Shown here: one piece after another, positions 11,914-26,143 of the stretch
Position numbering within the stretch: position 1 is the first letter of the stretch
Layout of the letters: each line of letters begins with the position of its first letter
Assembly: GCF_000485595.1 (NCBI RefSeq)
Contig: NW_014577092.1
Span: 191,952 to 255,951, forward strand
DNA from: Priapulus caudatus
Lineage: Eukaryota
Direction: 5' to 3'
DNA length: 64,000 nucleotides
Made by a program: the position numbers and the translations under genes
Notes under the pieces: generated by a model
What the model was told of the DNA's origin: nothing
The model's database searches: none
The model's input: the letters and a program-made list of their open reading frames with translations, nothing else

Positions 11914-13151
11914 GTGGAGAGCGGGGCGACAGCGAGGCGACGACGGCGACGATACGCTCTCTCTTCTCCCGTGTATGTGTATATGTGTGCACGCGCGCAC
12001 GCGGTTAGCGACCGTCTGACGGCGCCGGTCGCCGCGTGCGTGTTACACACAGCGGAATCACAGCGCAGCAGCAGCAGCAGCAGCAGCAAATAAACAGCAG
12101 TAGCAGCAAGCAGCCGCTAGTAGCAGCAGCAGCAGTAGCTGCAGCGGCAGCGGCTTTAGCAGAGTTAGAGCAGCAGCTAGTCTCCGATGATCAGCGCGTG
12201 GTGGCAGGCGAGCGAGCGCACGCACGCGGTCGCTCCGGCTCGACTAAACCTCGTTCGCAGCACGCGGCCGGTTTTTTTCGCCATCACTCGTCATCGTCAC
12301 CATCAGGGGTGGGCTGCGACTAGTTCCTCATCTTCCGTCTCCTTCTCCTCCTCTTCTTTCTCCTCCTCGGCCGCTTCCCTCCGCACAGTATGTACTCTTA
12401 CCCGCGATCGCTGCCTATGATCGAACGGGAATCAGCATCGATTCAGCTTTTACAGTCGAGCGAGTGAGAGCAGGGAGAGGAGCTATCTCACTAACGATAG
12501 CTGCGGGAAGCTTGCCTACTGTGGTAGTACTACTAGTGGTAGCGGTAGAGTTACGTTGCTTGGCTATACGTTGAACTCATTTTTGAACTCATGTGTGGAC
12601 AGCAGCTCCGTCTCGCCTGTCTACGTTATTGTACGATTACACGCGTCCACTGACTCGCCACGGCGCTGCCGGTGTACAACAATAAACGAAGATCACACAC
12701 GCGCGCACACACACCCACGCGCGCGCTTACGCACACGCACGCAAACACAACCTGCCACAAAGAAATTCGACCGGCGACTGATGCATGAGAAGGGCAGCAA
12801 TTTTGGGTTAACGAGGCAGCGTGGCCGATAGCACTCCACATAAATCACGCTGGAGTGAACGACGGCCAGGCAGGCAGGCGGGCAAGCATGCAGACGGGCA
12901 GCTCAGCTACAAGTACGCTAGCAGTAGTTATCTCCGGCTGCCAGAAGCTAGGCCTCAGTCGTTTAACGCGTCAAGTGCCTGGCTGGCCGTTTGTACACAC
13001 ACGTATACACGCTATTTACCTGCATGAACAGAAATCGCAGGAGATGGCAGCGACTGTAGCTACCGTTTTTACTTTTCGTTTACGACTTTTCAATGTTGCG
13101 TCAGTCGCGCAAATTCGCGGGCGTTTGTGCATATGTATGGTGTGCGTTTAA

Positions 13152-13670
13152 AGGATTTATTTCGAAATCATTGCTCAAAACGCACAATCTGAAAAAAATA
13201 TAGCGAAATATAGTCCCACGTCATAGCGAATATAGCCTATTACTGATTGCGCCAACTTGAAAAACACTAAGAATTTATGCTGTTATAGCACAGAAAATTG
13301 GAATTGAACACGCTGTAACAACATGGCTCATTTGACTATAGCGACAATTAATTTGCAAATGGCGCCTTAGTGCACCAACAAGTTTCAAGCATCTAATTCT
13401 GTGTAGTTTACTCCGCTTCTGTTTTTAAATTGCCCGATATCTCGAGCTATCGTGAGATAGTCCGAGATTCGCAAGAAATAGCGGCGGTAATCAAAACGAG
13501 TAATCAAAATTCGAATTGTGCATGTTTTGGGGGATATAGCTAAGTACGAATGTTCTAAGACATTTTATCGGTACTCTAAATAGTTGCTGTTACTCAAGCA
13601 ATAACGGTGAGTGTCGTAAAAGTTGGGGAAAATACGAGACTAGTTGGATATTATGTTCGATATAAATACT
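13152..13670. mobile_element. Non-autonomous Kolobok-type DNA transposon (MITE), 519 bp, TTAA target-site duplication
   Basis: TTAA|AGGATTTATTTCGAA ... TTCGATATAAATACT|TTAA. The TIRs match at 13/15, begin with AG, and are flanked by TTAA at 13148-13151 and 13671-13674. No coding capacity. Confidence 0.75.
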
Positions 13671-14602
13671 TTAATCAGAGAAGAAGAAGATGATGGGGGG
13701 CAGGAGAGAGCGACATTGTGTGCGAGGGGGAAGGTGGGCGGGATAATTTATACGATTGGGTATATAGATTGAAGATACAGACATATATAATAGGATACAG
13801 AACGCGTGAGAGACAGCGGCTGTGGTTGCAACCGGTAATGGCGGCCCTAAATCTTGCAGGTGATTTACAATACCCTCGAGGAACCCGTTGAAAGTTATCG
13901 ATGCTGGAGCAGTCAATTAGCGCTGCGCACACACTTTGGGTAATAGGCGCACAATGGGACGTGTTATCACGGCCATAACTCTCCACACAATCAGGAGAAC
14001 TCGCGTAAATAGTGTCATCTCATCAGAATGAAATGCGATCGCGCGTCAGCGGTTGACATTTATTAGTGCCCGGATGCATGACAATATTGTGGGATCCCAT
14101 AACGCGGGTAGTACGAAGTAACAGTGCGTGATTTCGCTCACACAGACGCTTGCGCACTGGTCTTCTGAGCGCTCTTTCTTCTCTCTCTCTCTCTCTTCTC
14201 TTCTCTCTCTCTCTCTTCTCTCTCTTCTCTCTCGCTCCTCTTCTCTCTCTCTTCTCTCTCTACCTCTTCCTTATCTCACGTTCTCCCTCGTTGCATTCTC
14301 TCACTTCTCTGATGCGGACCTGTCGCAAATTTGCAATATGACATGAAAATTATGCGAAACGCGAGCCTAACAGATCGGTAAAATGCGAGCACAGATTTGA
14401 AACGGACCTTTACCGCATATGAATCGTCGCACGCTGCCTTGCGTGCACGTCCATCACAACAGAAGCTTTGCCGTAAATATCCAAGGTAAATCCGAGCGAT
14501 TCTATTATCACCACTTTCCCCTTTCTGCTTCGCTCCTATCAATCAGGACAGGGTGCTATATTACGATTGCGGCGTAATCACTCGAGTCGTGTATGTGTTG
14601 TG

Positions 14603-14675
<73 letters not shown>

Positions 14676-15873
14676 TGTAACCACGCAGTGGACCCGCACA
14701 TTAGCAGCGCATCCTCTCACCGCGACCTCAGGTAATTCCGTACAACGTCGTTAGATTCGTTTGCATTCACGCTCCCGGCGCTGTTTTAAATTCTGGACAC
14801 CCACACGCGCACGCTCACGCACATGCACGCACGCGCGTACCTACGCAATCACGCATACACACACGAACCCTACGCGTGTATACATGCACGCGCAAGCACA
14901 TATACACGCACATGCACACACACGCACGCACGTACCTACGTAATGTCGTATACACATACGAACCCTACGCGCACGCACACAAACGCACACGCACACAAAC
15001 GCACACGCACACGTACGCGCACATGCCCACGCACGCACACACATGCGCGCACGTGAATGCTGCTAAGCAGGCACGCATCGTTGGGACCCCCCTACGCGTA
15101 TTCAAACCCCTTGGCGTCGGGTCTCCTCGTCTCTGACAGCGTGAAAAATAGAAGCTAACGATGTAGACGCAATGAGCGAGCAGCCATACTTCATCCTGTC
15201 ATGTTTTAATATAACCGCGGTGACGGTGCAATGCGAAATATTCACGGCATCTCTTCGTGCGCATGCGCCAGCACCCGCTCCCACATACTTACACAATCTG
15301 CAAGGAGTCTGAGATTGAGACAAGACAAGACGAGAAGCGTAAGCTGTTTATTTTAAATAAAAGTAGATGCGTAAGCACTGAGGTTGATACGTGGCGCGTA
15401 TCGTCACCTACGATGCTGACGCAATATATATGCAACGGTAAATGAATACGTCGACGGATGTCTAACGGAGGAACTATTGAAGGCGGAAAGATGTAGCGGA
15501 AGTAGTCGTCGAAAGTACTGAACTTCTACTATCCGGTATGTTTTCGAGCACCCAGCTAGCTGCTAACGAAAGCCATGCCTGCGAGACAGCAAGCGGCAGC
15601 AGCCACAGCTTTCCTTCCCGCGCTCTCTCTCAGTTCTCCTTCCCCTTCTCCTCTCCTCGGATCTATAAGCGTAAGCAACATGACAGGTCAGCGCCAAGAT
15701 GAACGCGTCGGCAGTCGTCAAGGCTGTTTGTCCGTTAGTGGGGCAACCCATCTTGCGTTTGGCGCGCGCGCGGAACAGCGCTAACCGTGCCGCATTTGTC
15801 AGCATCTTTCATGATCACGCAGCTTCCCCCATATGGTCGATGCTTGCGTGCGCGCGCGGCGAGTCCAACTCAT

Positions 15874-15914
<41 letters not shown>

Positions 15915-16463
15915 GAGCGAAAGACGGGGACAAGATCAACGAAATCTGCGTCGAGTTACGGCCCGGTCTCATCACTTTGCATTTTCGCTCACGTGGGAGC
16001 AGGCAGGATCGGAGAGATGGCAGCGCGCCCCTACGCTCGATCCGGGAAACAAATCGTTCTTTGTTGCGCGTTGAAACGCGAGCGCTGCGTTTTTTCCACA
16101 CACGCACGTCGACTCGCTATCCATCACACGCTGCCCATCTGCCAGGGCGAGTTTAGAAACCAGAAGATGAATGATTACGGCGATTTTTCTTGTCTGTTCC
16201 GACCATCTGTCACTCTGTTCATCACGTCGCGCGAGTGCGGTGCGCGGAATGCCGTTCCACGAAGATATAGGTGGAAATTACCAAGGACTTGGCTATCTTT
16301 CTAGTAGATTCTAACAGCAGGGTGCACGCGCGTGTACAGTCACAAGAATCTACACGAAATGCAACCCCATTTTATTCGATACGTCTAACAGGAACGCGGC
16401 AACACATCCTATATGCCTTTATACACACACGGGCACGCGCACGCATTCAGACACACGCACGCA

Positions 16464-16495
<32 letters not shown>

Positions 16496-16536
16496 AACAC
16501 ACACACACATACGCACGCACGCATTCACACGCGCAC

Positions 16537-16590
<54 letters not shown>

Positions 16591-16749
16591 TATGCATATA
16601 TAGTCACAAGAGCTAATAATAGCTTAATAATTATACCTCTTGATATATATATAATATATATATATAGATATATACATATATATATAATTTATCTATATAT
16701 ACTATGTGTGTGTATATATATATAGTATATATATATTATTATTATTATA

Positions 16750-16783
<34 letters not shown>

Positions 16784-18214
16784 TAGCAACTAGCTACAAT
16801 TGACGAGCGATTGCGTTTTTTTCACAAATCTTTCTCTGACGAGAAATTGATATTTTCCCGCGCGGGCTTGGCTAAGCCGCACTTCCCCTTCAGGCACATC
16901 CCGCCCAACCCACAGACAGAACTCACGGATTAATAATAATAACAACACTACGAGTCAGGCAAGGAAACTAACACGATTCTCTGTGGCATAAACCCGAGGT
17001 ACCGCAAGCACAGGCGCAAAGACTCGTGCACAGTCACAGAGTCAGGATTTCGGTGTTGCCACTAGGGCATTGGACTATCGGATGGGTTAACCACCGGGTT
17101 TGTCCATGCAACCAAGCTCGTTATGTGCACTCGCGCATGCGTGTACCTACACGCGGGCGTGTTCCTTCCCCCTGCGTACAACAGGTACACGTGAGTGTAT
17201 CATCCGTACACAGATTACATTACCGCGTGTACGTGTACGCTCGCGTATACGCGTGCGCAAGCAACTGCGTACACGCACGATTGTACGTGCGTGGAAGCAT
17301 GTGCGTGCACGCACGCGAGTAAGTGCACGAACGCGCGTATATGCGCGTGTGTGCGTGCACGAGTGTGAGTGCGTAAATGTGTACGTGTGCGAATGTACAC
17401 GCGTATAGTTACACTCATAGAAATAATATATAGACACATACCTATATACAGAGTCTACCTATATTATTTCTATGGTTACACTAGTGGACCTGTCGCTCAC
17501 TACCCTCGCTCCTAGCTAGAGAGAGTATCGGTGCATGTAAATCTGCTGAAAGTGAAAGTGTAACTGGGTAAACATTTAACAGCATAGGGTTTGTTTTGAG
17601 TCAAGACTTGAAAATAGTATAATATCCATGGTATTTCCTTTTACGAGGGGCCTTTTAGTTTAAAGGGGGGACTATAAAAGGGGGACCCAAAATTCAGCCA
17701 ATTTATTTTCTTAAATATATGCGTTGGCAGAACACCCGCGAGTGAGGCAATATGCACGAAGGCTGTACACTTCTCCATGACTCCTCTCCTCGACTGTTCA
17801 GAGCCACCGAGTGCCAGCTAGGCAGGCCAGCAGTCAAACGAGATCACTCAGTTGGCGCCCGTGCTCGCATTGACCGCGCGCACACGCGCGTTTGATGTCG
17901 CCCACTAAAAGCTTCAAAGGGTTGCGCCGGCACCGTGACCCGCCTGACCTCTCGGCAGACATTGGTGATCACGGCGATTCTACTCCAAGCTACTCGCACA
18001 TCAAAGCCGGTGCCAGACAACGAGTGAAATTAGGGTTGATCAGCTTCGCCGCGAAACTGCACCGCGCGCTCTGTCAGCAGGTCTGATGGCGATTTGAGAC
18101 CGAGATTACTGCAGCGCGACCTCCGGTCGCCTCGCATTAGAGCGAGATTCGCGGCGCCGGTAGATTAGCCACCACGTCACGGCGTCGTATGTATATCACA
18201 TACACACATGCCCA

Positions 18215-18309
<95 letters not shown>

Positions 18310-18440
18310 AGTTACGCAGAAATCTCCTGCTGGGTGGGGGATATACACAATCAGTAGATTCCGAGCGTGTTGGGCGCGGTCTTATAGAAAAACTAAGTGA
18401 ACTGTACTAGTTACAAAAAGTAAAATATAACACAAAACAT

Positions 18441-18479
<39 letters not shown>

Positions 18480-18545
18480 NNNNNNNNNNNNNNNNNNNNN
18501 NNNNNNNNNNNNNNNNNNNNNNNNNNNNNNNNNNNNNNNNNNNNN

Positions 18546-18588
<43 letters not shown>

Positions 18589-18589
18589 G

Positions 18590-18633
<44 letters not shown>

Positions 18634-18699
18634 CAGCAAGAGAGAGAGAGAGAGAGCCGACGGCAACCGCAGATGCTGACGCAATAGGGTACGCTCGTT

Positions 18700-18815
18700 A
18701 GGTGGCAGAGTCTCGTATGGGCATGTGAAGAAGGCAATTGAGAGATGGAAACCCGTTGAAGAGCCAGAGAGGGCATGGCCACCGTTAACTCGTCCGTGGA
18801 AAGAAGTAGCATGGC
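18700..18815 (+). mobile_element. Possible eroded fragment of an RTE-type LINE ORF2 C-terminus
   Basis: The translation YGHVKKAIERWKPVEEPERAWPPLTRPWKEV resembles the RTE C-terminal pattern WxGHV...WxP...RGRP...W. It is very short and degenerate. Confidence 0.27.
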
Positions 18816-19604
18816 CCTCTCCCAAAAGATTACACATTTTCGTCACAAACTTTATTGACGGAGAATTGCCGATTGACTATGTACACACACAGCAAAGTGA
18901 AAGGAAACGTAACGCAAGAGAGGACGCAAACACAGAGAGGGAGCTTGTTACGAAGGGAGGAGGCACACAAATCCCTCGTCGTTGAACAAACACGGTGAAG
19001 TTTGCTGTGATAGTTAAGGAATACGGGAATCATGAATAGATCCATGGTTCATATTCCACCAGAGTATATCCATGGTTAAAACACGAAAACCGTGCCGTAG
19101 CTTTGATAACAGAATATGCGAGAATTGAGTTTATCTTTTGTCAGGCCGTCATGATCAGCGCTCCCATACGCCGTAAGCGAGCAAGGCGATTGCGTCTCTT
19201 GTGGCTGAACTATATGCATACACATCATCTTGGAAATTCTATCGGAAAAGCAACGGCGCAATTTTCACGTTGTACTCGGTGGGTATACCCCAGCGAATCT
19301 CGCTCGATTGGTTGCTTAACACACACTGAAAACTTCATCGTATTTGTTCCGGATCGAAAGATGCGTGCGCCAGCTCTTTATGTCAACCGCTCCATGTTTT
19401 TGGGTTTATGTATAATCTATTTAGTGTACCGTATCGTTTTAGCTGCCTCTATGTTCATGTCTAGACGATCACTATCTTCGCGTTAACTATTGTCATTTTT
19501 TATCATAACATTTGTTTCGACGATTCTGCCCTACCTGAATCTTCAACTCTCTTCCTCTTTCAGCCTTCGCTCTCTCTCTCTCTCTCTCTCTCGCTCTCTC
19601 TCTC

Positions 19605-19949
19605 TCTTTCTCTCTCTACCTCTTCCCTTATCTCACGTTCTCCCTCTGTTGGCATTTCTCTCACTTCCTCTCAGGCGGACTGTCGCAATTTGCAATATGA
19701 CATGAAATATGGCGAAACGCGAGCCTAAACAGATCGTAAAAGTGCCGAGCACAGATTGAAACGACCTTTACCGCAATGAATCGTCGCACGCTGCCTGCGT
19801 GACACGGCCATCACAAACAGAAGCTATTGCCGTAAATATCCAAGGTAAATCCCGAGCGGATTCGGTAATCACCACTTTCCCCGTTCTGCTTCGCTCCTAT
19901 CATCAGGACAAGGGTGTATATTACGAGTTGCGGCGCTGAATCATCGAGT

Positions 19950-19960
<11 letters not shown>
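19605..19960 (+). repeat. Indel-rich direct copy of 14250-14597
   Basis: Colinear (TTTGCAATATGACATGAAA, CCGTAAATATCCAAGGTAAAT). Both copies sit between (CT)n and (GT)n, and this copy runs into an N-gap. Confidence 0.95.
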
Positions 19961-20026
<66 letters not shown>

Positions 20027-21197
20027 NNNNNNNNNNNNNNNNNNNNNNNNNNNNNNNNNNNNNNNNNNNNNNNNNNNNNNNNNNNNNNNNNNNNNNNNNN
20101 NNNNNNNNNNNNNNNNNNNNNNNNNNNNNNNNNNNNNNNNNNNNNNNNNNNNNNNNNNNNNNNNNNNNNNNNNNNNNNNNNNNNNNNNNNNNNNNNNNNN
20201 NNNNNNNNNNNNNNNNNNNNNNNNNNNNNNNNNNNNNNNNNNNNNNNNNNNNNNNNNNNNNNNNNNNNNNNNNNNNNNNNNNNNNNNNNNNNNNNNNNNN
20301 NNNNNNNNNNNNNNNNNNNNNNNNNNNNNNNNNNNNNNNNNNNNNNNNNNNNNNNNNNNNNNNNNNNNNNNNNNNNNNNNNNNNNNNNNNNNNNNNNNNN
20401 NNNNNNNNNNNNNNNNNNNNNNNNNNNNNNNNNNNNNNNNNNNNNNNNNNNNNNNNNNNNNNNNNNNNNNNNNNNNNNNNNNNNNNNNNNNNNNNNNNNN
20501 NNNNNNNNNNNNNNNNNNNNNNNNNNNNNNNNNNNNNNNNNNNNNNNNNNNNNNNNNNNNNNNNNNNNNNNNNNNNNNNNNNNNNNNNNNNNNNNNNNNN
20601 NNNNNNNNNNNNNNNNNNNNNNNNNNNNNNNNNNNNNNNNNNNNNNNNNNNNNNNNNNNNNNNNNNNNNNNNNGTTTCTTCTCTCGCTCGCTCTCGCTTT
20701 CTCTATCCTTCTCGCTCTCTCTGTCTCTTGCTCTTTCTCTCTCTCTCGTTTCTTCTCTCGCTCGCTCTCGCTTTCTCTATCCTCGCTCTCGCTTTCTCTA
20801 TCCTCGCTCTCTCTGCCTCTCGCTCTTTTTCTCTCTCGTGTTCTCTTTCTCGGGCTTCGAGTGCCGCCTCGTTAATCAGCTGAAGAAAAATCGTTCCGCC
20901 ATCGTTTATCGGCGACCAGCGTAGTAATGACGAATGAGGAGGCGGGGGACGGGGGGAGGAGGAAGAAAATAAGGAGGGGGAAAGAAAGAGAACGAAGAGA
21001 AGAAAGAAGGGAGAAGTACGATGATTACGAGGAGGAGGGGAGGAGTAAGATGATGACGAGGAGGTAAATAACCATGGATGGCAGATGGAGAACAATGAGA
21101 AAATGAAGGAAGAGGAGAGGGAGAGGCACGTTCAAGATAAGGGTGTGGAAGGAGGAGAGCAAGAGGGAGGAGGCGGACGACTAAGGTGATGCGGACC

Positions 21198-21411
21198 GGG
21201 GAAGGAGACCAGGATGCGAAGGGAAGGATACCAAGATGCGAAGGGAAGAAGACCAGGATGCTAGGGGAAGGAGACCAGGATGCGAAGGGAAGGAGACCAG
21301 GATGCTAGGGGAAGGAGACCAGGATGCGAGGGGAAGGAGACCAAGATGCGAGAGGAAGGAGACCAGGATGCGAGGGGAAGGAGACCAGGATGCGAGAGGA
21401 AGGAGACCAGG
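21198..21411. repeat. 21-bp minisatellite, ~10 units, consensus GGGAAGGAGACCAGGATGCGA
   Basis: Tandem units with few substitutions. Confidence 0.95.
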
Positions 21412-22835
21412 TACCGAGTATAACGTAGTCAGATTCACAACAGCACAGCTTTCGTCACTTTCCTATGCAGCTGAGCTCCGGTGATCAAGCGCGATACCGT
21501 TTGGAAAGAGTTGGAATCGAGGAGATGAGTCATCCGAGCGGTATATCAAAAGGAATCCTACCCGCGTAAAGGAATTTCGTCATTCGACGCACGGACTTGA
21601 GCGAACGCACCACCTCGTTAGTTTACCGGCATTGTTTGCTCTCGCGAAATAAAAGCGCGAGCACGTCGTGGGGAATTCACCACGCGATCTTGTTTAGGAT
21701 GCATCCATCCCCCATCTCCCGGCAACATGGCCGCGCGTGTTGCTGTTCCCTTCCTATTCAGCACACGGTTACTAGAGCGACCGACCATCGAGTAGTGGCA
21801 GATCAAGATCAATGTTGGCGTAATGAAAATGGATTGTGGATGGAGCCATTCCTCTGCATAATATCATACGCTTAACGTCGGAGAAATTCTGTCGGTTTTT
21901 TACCCCGAGTTTAATAATGCTATTGTGCATTAGGGCTGAAGGCGTAGTTAACTTTCCCCCATTCTTCTATTATTCACCCGCGGGATACTCTGTATGGCAA
22001 ATATCGGAAGCAACAGCTGCAGGAATACTTTACCGGTTTCCGAAAAAACACTGCTCTAACACCACTAAGGGCAATTATTCAAAAACCTGCAGATCCTTTG
22101 ACGTATAACATTTTTAATTACGCGAGCAAGACCAACAGCAGATGTGAAACGCATTGACACTCAGGTGTATCCATCGCGCAATATCGCGGATTTTTTTAAA
22201 TGGATCGTATACCGCACAATGGCAGATCGCATCATATTAAATTCATCACGCTTCGTCATTAACTACAATATCTCTCCATCGTTAAATGCATTAAACGCAC
22301 AGCGCGATGTTAATCACAGTCGACAGCGTCATAAAGGTAACAACAGGCTGTTCAGTCGAGCTTCATCTGCCTATAAAACACCCGAACAATAACATATCAC
22401 GATCGATGTCGCATCGCATCATCGCATGAAAACATGACACGAAAGTGATTCCATTGACATGTTGGAGGACGGACTCGCTAAGCGCGGTTGCTAAAGAGGG
22501 AACTTGCATCATTACTGCGGTTATTAGCCGAGCTTTTCAATTACGTACACGTACGTGTAGCACCGACGATATAGTCGTCGACAACAGTTTCGATTCCGAA
22601 ACGCCCCCGTCGAGTGATGCACCTGCTGCCCTCTACCTGAACTATTCGGGTGTTTGGCGGGACAATGGCGCTCGCTGCTGGATCAATATTGCATATTTTA
22701 GCATGCAAAACAGGTTGCGCTGTTAGGATCCGGGTGGCTAGAAGAGGGTCGGATAAACACGTAACATAATGCTGCTCGTATCGCGATCGTCTCAAAATGG
22801 GCGCACGCATGCGCGCAGAGACGTCCGGGCGAACG

Positions 22836-23483
22836 TATATCTGCGTTTACTCGCCATCTCTTGCGGAGACACGCTGCGCAAACAGGCGCACGAAAGGCGG
22901 CGCGATTTTTATGTTATGATGCTGCTTGTTTTTTACTCATACAACAGTAAGCCTCCGCAAATTGTTGCACTATTTCGTCTCTAGAAAATTCCTTTTTTGG
23001 ATTTTTTTTCGCTGAAATTCGGCACTAAAGTGCAATAATTTGCATTATGCACGCAAGTTAGATGCCTCATGGACGTCTAGAAAGCATTAGAAAGGCATTA
23101 GTAAAATTGGTCTTGTCGTGACATTCGTCCTGTGGCGTAGCCACAGCGAACGGTTCGTCATTTTTGCGTTTGAAATGTGTTCAGACTACTTTGCAGAAAT
23201 TCGCATCATAGAGCTGGCAAAAGTTTCGAGCGGAGCATAGAGCATGAATCTGTAGTTATTTTACATGAATCGAGTGTATGTTGTGTATGAGAAGTAACAG
23301 TGTGAGTATTTTTTATTAATTTCTTTTCGATGCTTATTCAGGGATGCTGCCTATGGACGCCCTCTACTATTGTTCACCACCTATATCCGCGTTTGCTCGC
23401 CATCTCTTGCGGAGACACGCTGCGCAAACAGGCGCACGAAAGGCGGCGCTATTTTTATGTTATAATGCTGCTTGTTTTTACTC
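22836..23483 (+). repeat. Pair of ~102-bp direct repeats (22836-22938 and 23382-23483) around a ~440-bp spacer
   Basis: TATATC(T/C)GCGTTT(A/G)CTCGCCATCTCTTGCGGAGACACGCTGCGCAAACAGGCGCACGAAAGGCGGCGC...CTTGTTTTTACTC occurs twice, differing by a few substitutions. Confidence 0.93.
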
Positions 23484-23542
23484 TTCGATTTGTGTTGTTT
23501 CGCCATCCCCCTTGAGCCTTTTACAGTCCCGCACATACACAT

Positions 23543-23573
<31 letters not shown>

Positions 23574-24354
23574 CACAGGTAAACACACTTACACACACGT
23601 ACACGCACACACAAACAAATAAATAAACAAACAAACAAACAAACAAACGCGCACACACACGCACCTCGTCACTCAATAACATGTTTAAAGGATGGCGGGC
23701 AGGATTATCGTAGATAGGCCTACATCAAACGCGGCATTAGAATCGAACGCTACACAAGCACGCCTCTCGGTTGTTTGCCCGTGTGCGATTCTTGTAGAAA
23801 ATGTCTAATTTGATTAAATTCCGCATTGTCGACACACGACATCGGCAGTCCCGTTGAATACATCGGGGCATGCGCTTTCCATCCAAGTTGCAAGCCCCGT
23901 GTAGGTAGTTTGTGTGCGTGAGGCCAGGGTGAGGAACCATCGAAATATCTCAATATATGTAAGGAGATCTTCAAACCCCTCTGATTTCATACCGTGAAAA
24001 TAGAAACGGCATAACATTCTGGCAAACCAAATAGCAGGCGCAGTAGTGTAAGCATAGCACCGGTCGAAACAATCAGAAACGCTACCCTTTCACTGCAGGC
24101 ATTCAGTACATGCCTGCAAGATTGCACTGCAGGTATTTGCAAACATTTGCGCGACTAAAATGCGCATGTCTGGGTAAATACAAGCTACTCCACAGGTAAG
24201 TGGCCAGGTTATGCGACAATATTTTCCTTCCACAAAAGTGTTACCCATAGCGTGGAGCGAAAGAGAAGACAATGGTAGAATAAGAGCGCGCAAGAGTGAG
24301 AGAAAGAGGAGAACAAGGGAGAAAGCGGGCGCGCGAGAGCGTGTGTGTGAAATG

Positions 24355-24952
24355 CATGGACTGATGGATGGATAGATAGATGGATGGACGGATAGATGGA
24401 CGAACGAACGGACGGACAAAGAATGGATGGATAGGTAAATTGATGTATGGGTGGGTGGATGGGTGGATGGGTGGATGAATGGAGGGAGGGATGGATGGAT
24501 GGATGGATGGATGGATGGATGGATGGATGGATGGATGGATGGATGGATGGATGGATGAAGGACGGACGGACGGCGAAACGGACGGACTGACGGACGGACG
24601 GACGCGCGACGAAGGCACGGACGGACCGACGGACGACGGCGAACGGACGACCGGACGAACGGGACGGGACGGACGGACGGACGGACGACGGACTGACGTG
24701 ATGGTTGGATTTGAATGGCATGGACTGGATGGATGGATGGATGGATGGAATGGACTGGATTGGATGGATTGATGGATGGATCGGATGGATAGGATGGATG
24801 GCTGGAATGGATGGTGGATGATGATGGATGGATGGATGGAGTGGATGGATGGATGATGGATGGATGGATGGATGGATGATAGATAAATAGATAGATTGAT
24901 AAAGCGCAAGAACGAAAACGACAAAGATAGAGAGCAGAGAGAGAGAGAGAGG

Positions 24953-24989
<37 letters not shown>

Positions 24990-25111
24990 CGAGAGAGAGA
25001 GGAGGAGAGAGAGAGAGAGAAGAGAGAAAGATGAAGAGATGAGAGAAAGAGAGAGAGACGAGAGAGAGCAGAATGAGAGATAGATAGAGAAAAGAGAGCA
25101 GAGAGGAGAGA

Positions 25112-25178
<67 letters not shown>
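24355..25178. repeat. Compound microsatellite (GATG)n/(GACG)n/(GA)n
   Basis: Read directly; source of the spurious 331-428 aa ORFs. Confidence 0.97.
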
Positions 25179-25181
<3 letters not shown>

Positions 25182-25873
25182 GGGGCGAGGAAAGCCTGAC
25201 GCACCTGCTAACCAAGAGAGTTTGAATGAAGTTTGCACACCTCTGGTAGAAACAAAACAAAGGTGCCCTACTGGTAGAAACAAAACACAGGTGCCATATT
25301 TGTGTTGCAAACTACGCCGACTACACCAAACCGTGTTTACAGCAAACATTGCAGAGGCCTCAAAAGAGATACACAATGACCTCTCTCTCCTTCTCTCGCT
25401 CTCTCTTTCGTCTCTCTCACTCTCTCCCTCTTTCTTTCTCTACAACATCCTACACAACAAGTGTGTCAACAACCAGATGGTCGGGAACTGAAGATGCCGC
25501 GGTTTCCTTACGATGTTTTCACAGTGGAGCTACACGATAGTGATAGGAGTGCACATCCGCAGGCTGTTCCCTCATGCGGTCTGCACCCCCGTCAGCCGCA
25601 ACGAGCGTAAACAAACATCGCTTGCCACGCCGACAATAGCTTCAAAGCACTTCCCGCCCAGCGCGCTTAATCAAACAGTGATTTAATTGGGCCTTACTTG
25701 CCAACAATAATCAAGCAACAAACGTACAAGACGTTATCACGACGGAGCTGTCAAAATTCAGCGGGAACGAAGATTTCGCAAAATTATATTTATTAATCCG
25801 TTTTGCGAAGTCGCAGCAAGTGAAAGCTCTGCATTCCTGCGTAAAAGACGGCTTTGGAAACCCTATGTCCGTG

Positions 25874-26143
25874 CAGGGCCGTAGGCTGAGCAAATTCCTA
25901 GGGGGAGGGCAAAATTTCATGAACCAATTGTGTAATGATGAGCGACGGACGCTGCTCTTGAGCGACGTCCATAGTGTGGTAAGGGTGGGTCTGAGACAAT
26001 GCTTTCACGGATAAGTGACCAAAAAATCACGTTATAGGGTTATTTATGATTATTCGCTAAGCTTATTTTTTAATTTTGCTCCAAAATTAGGGGGCAACTG
26101 CCCCCTTGTCTCCCATCCCCCCCCCACACAGGCTACGGCTCTG
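25874..26143. mobile_element. 270-bp MITE with hAT-like CAG...CTG termini and 5-bp flanking duplication
   Basis: CCGTG|CAGGGCCGTAGGCTG ... CAGGCTACGGCTCTG|CCGTG. TIRs match at 13/15, with subterminal GGGGGAGGGCAAAATT and GGGGGCAACTGCCCCC motifs. Confidence 0.8.

Noticed and set aside
12036..12323. Plus-strand polyQ/polyA ORF resembling a transcription-factor low-complexity region
   Set aside because: Non-ATG start and no clear splice sites. It is better explained as CAG/CTG repeats in the leader of the minus-strand gene.
24090..25376. Three overlapping 331-428 aa ORFs (SLSL, SIHP, SVRP)
   Set aside because: All three frames are open because the sequence is (TC)n, (CATC)n and (CGTC)n repeats.
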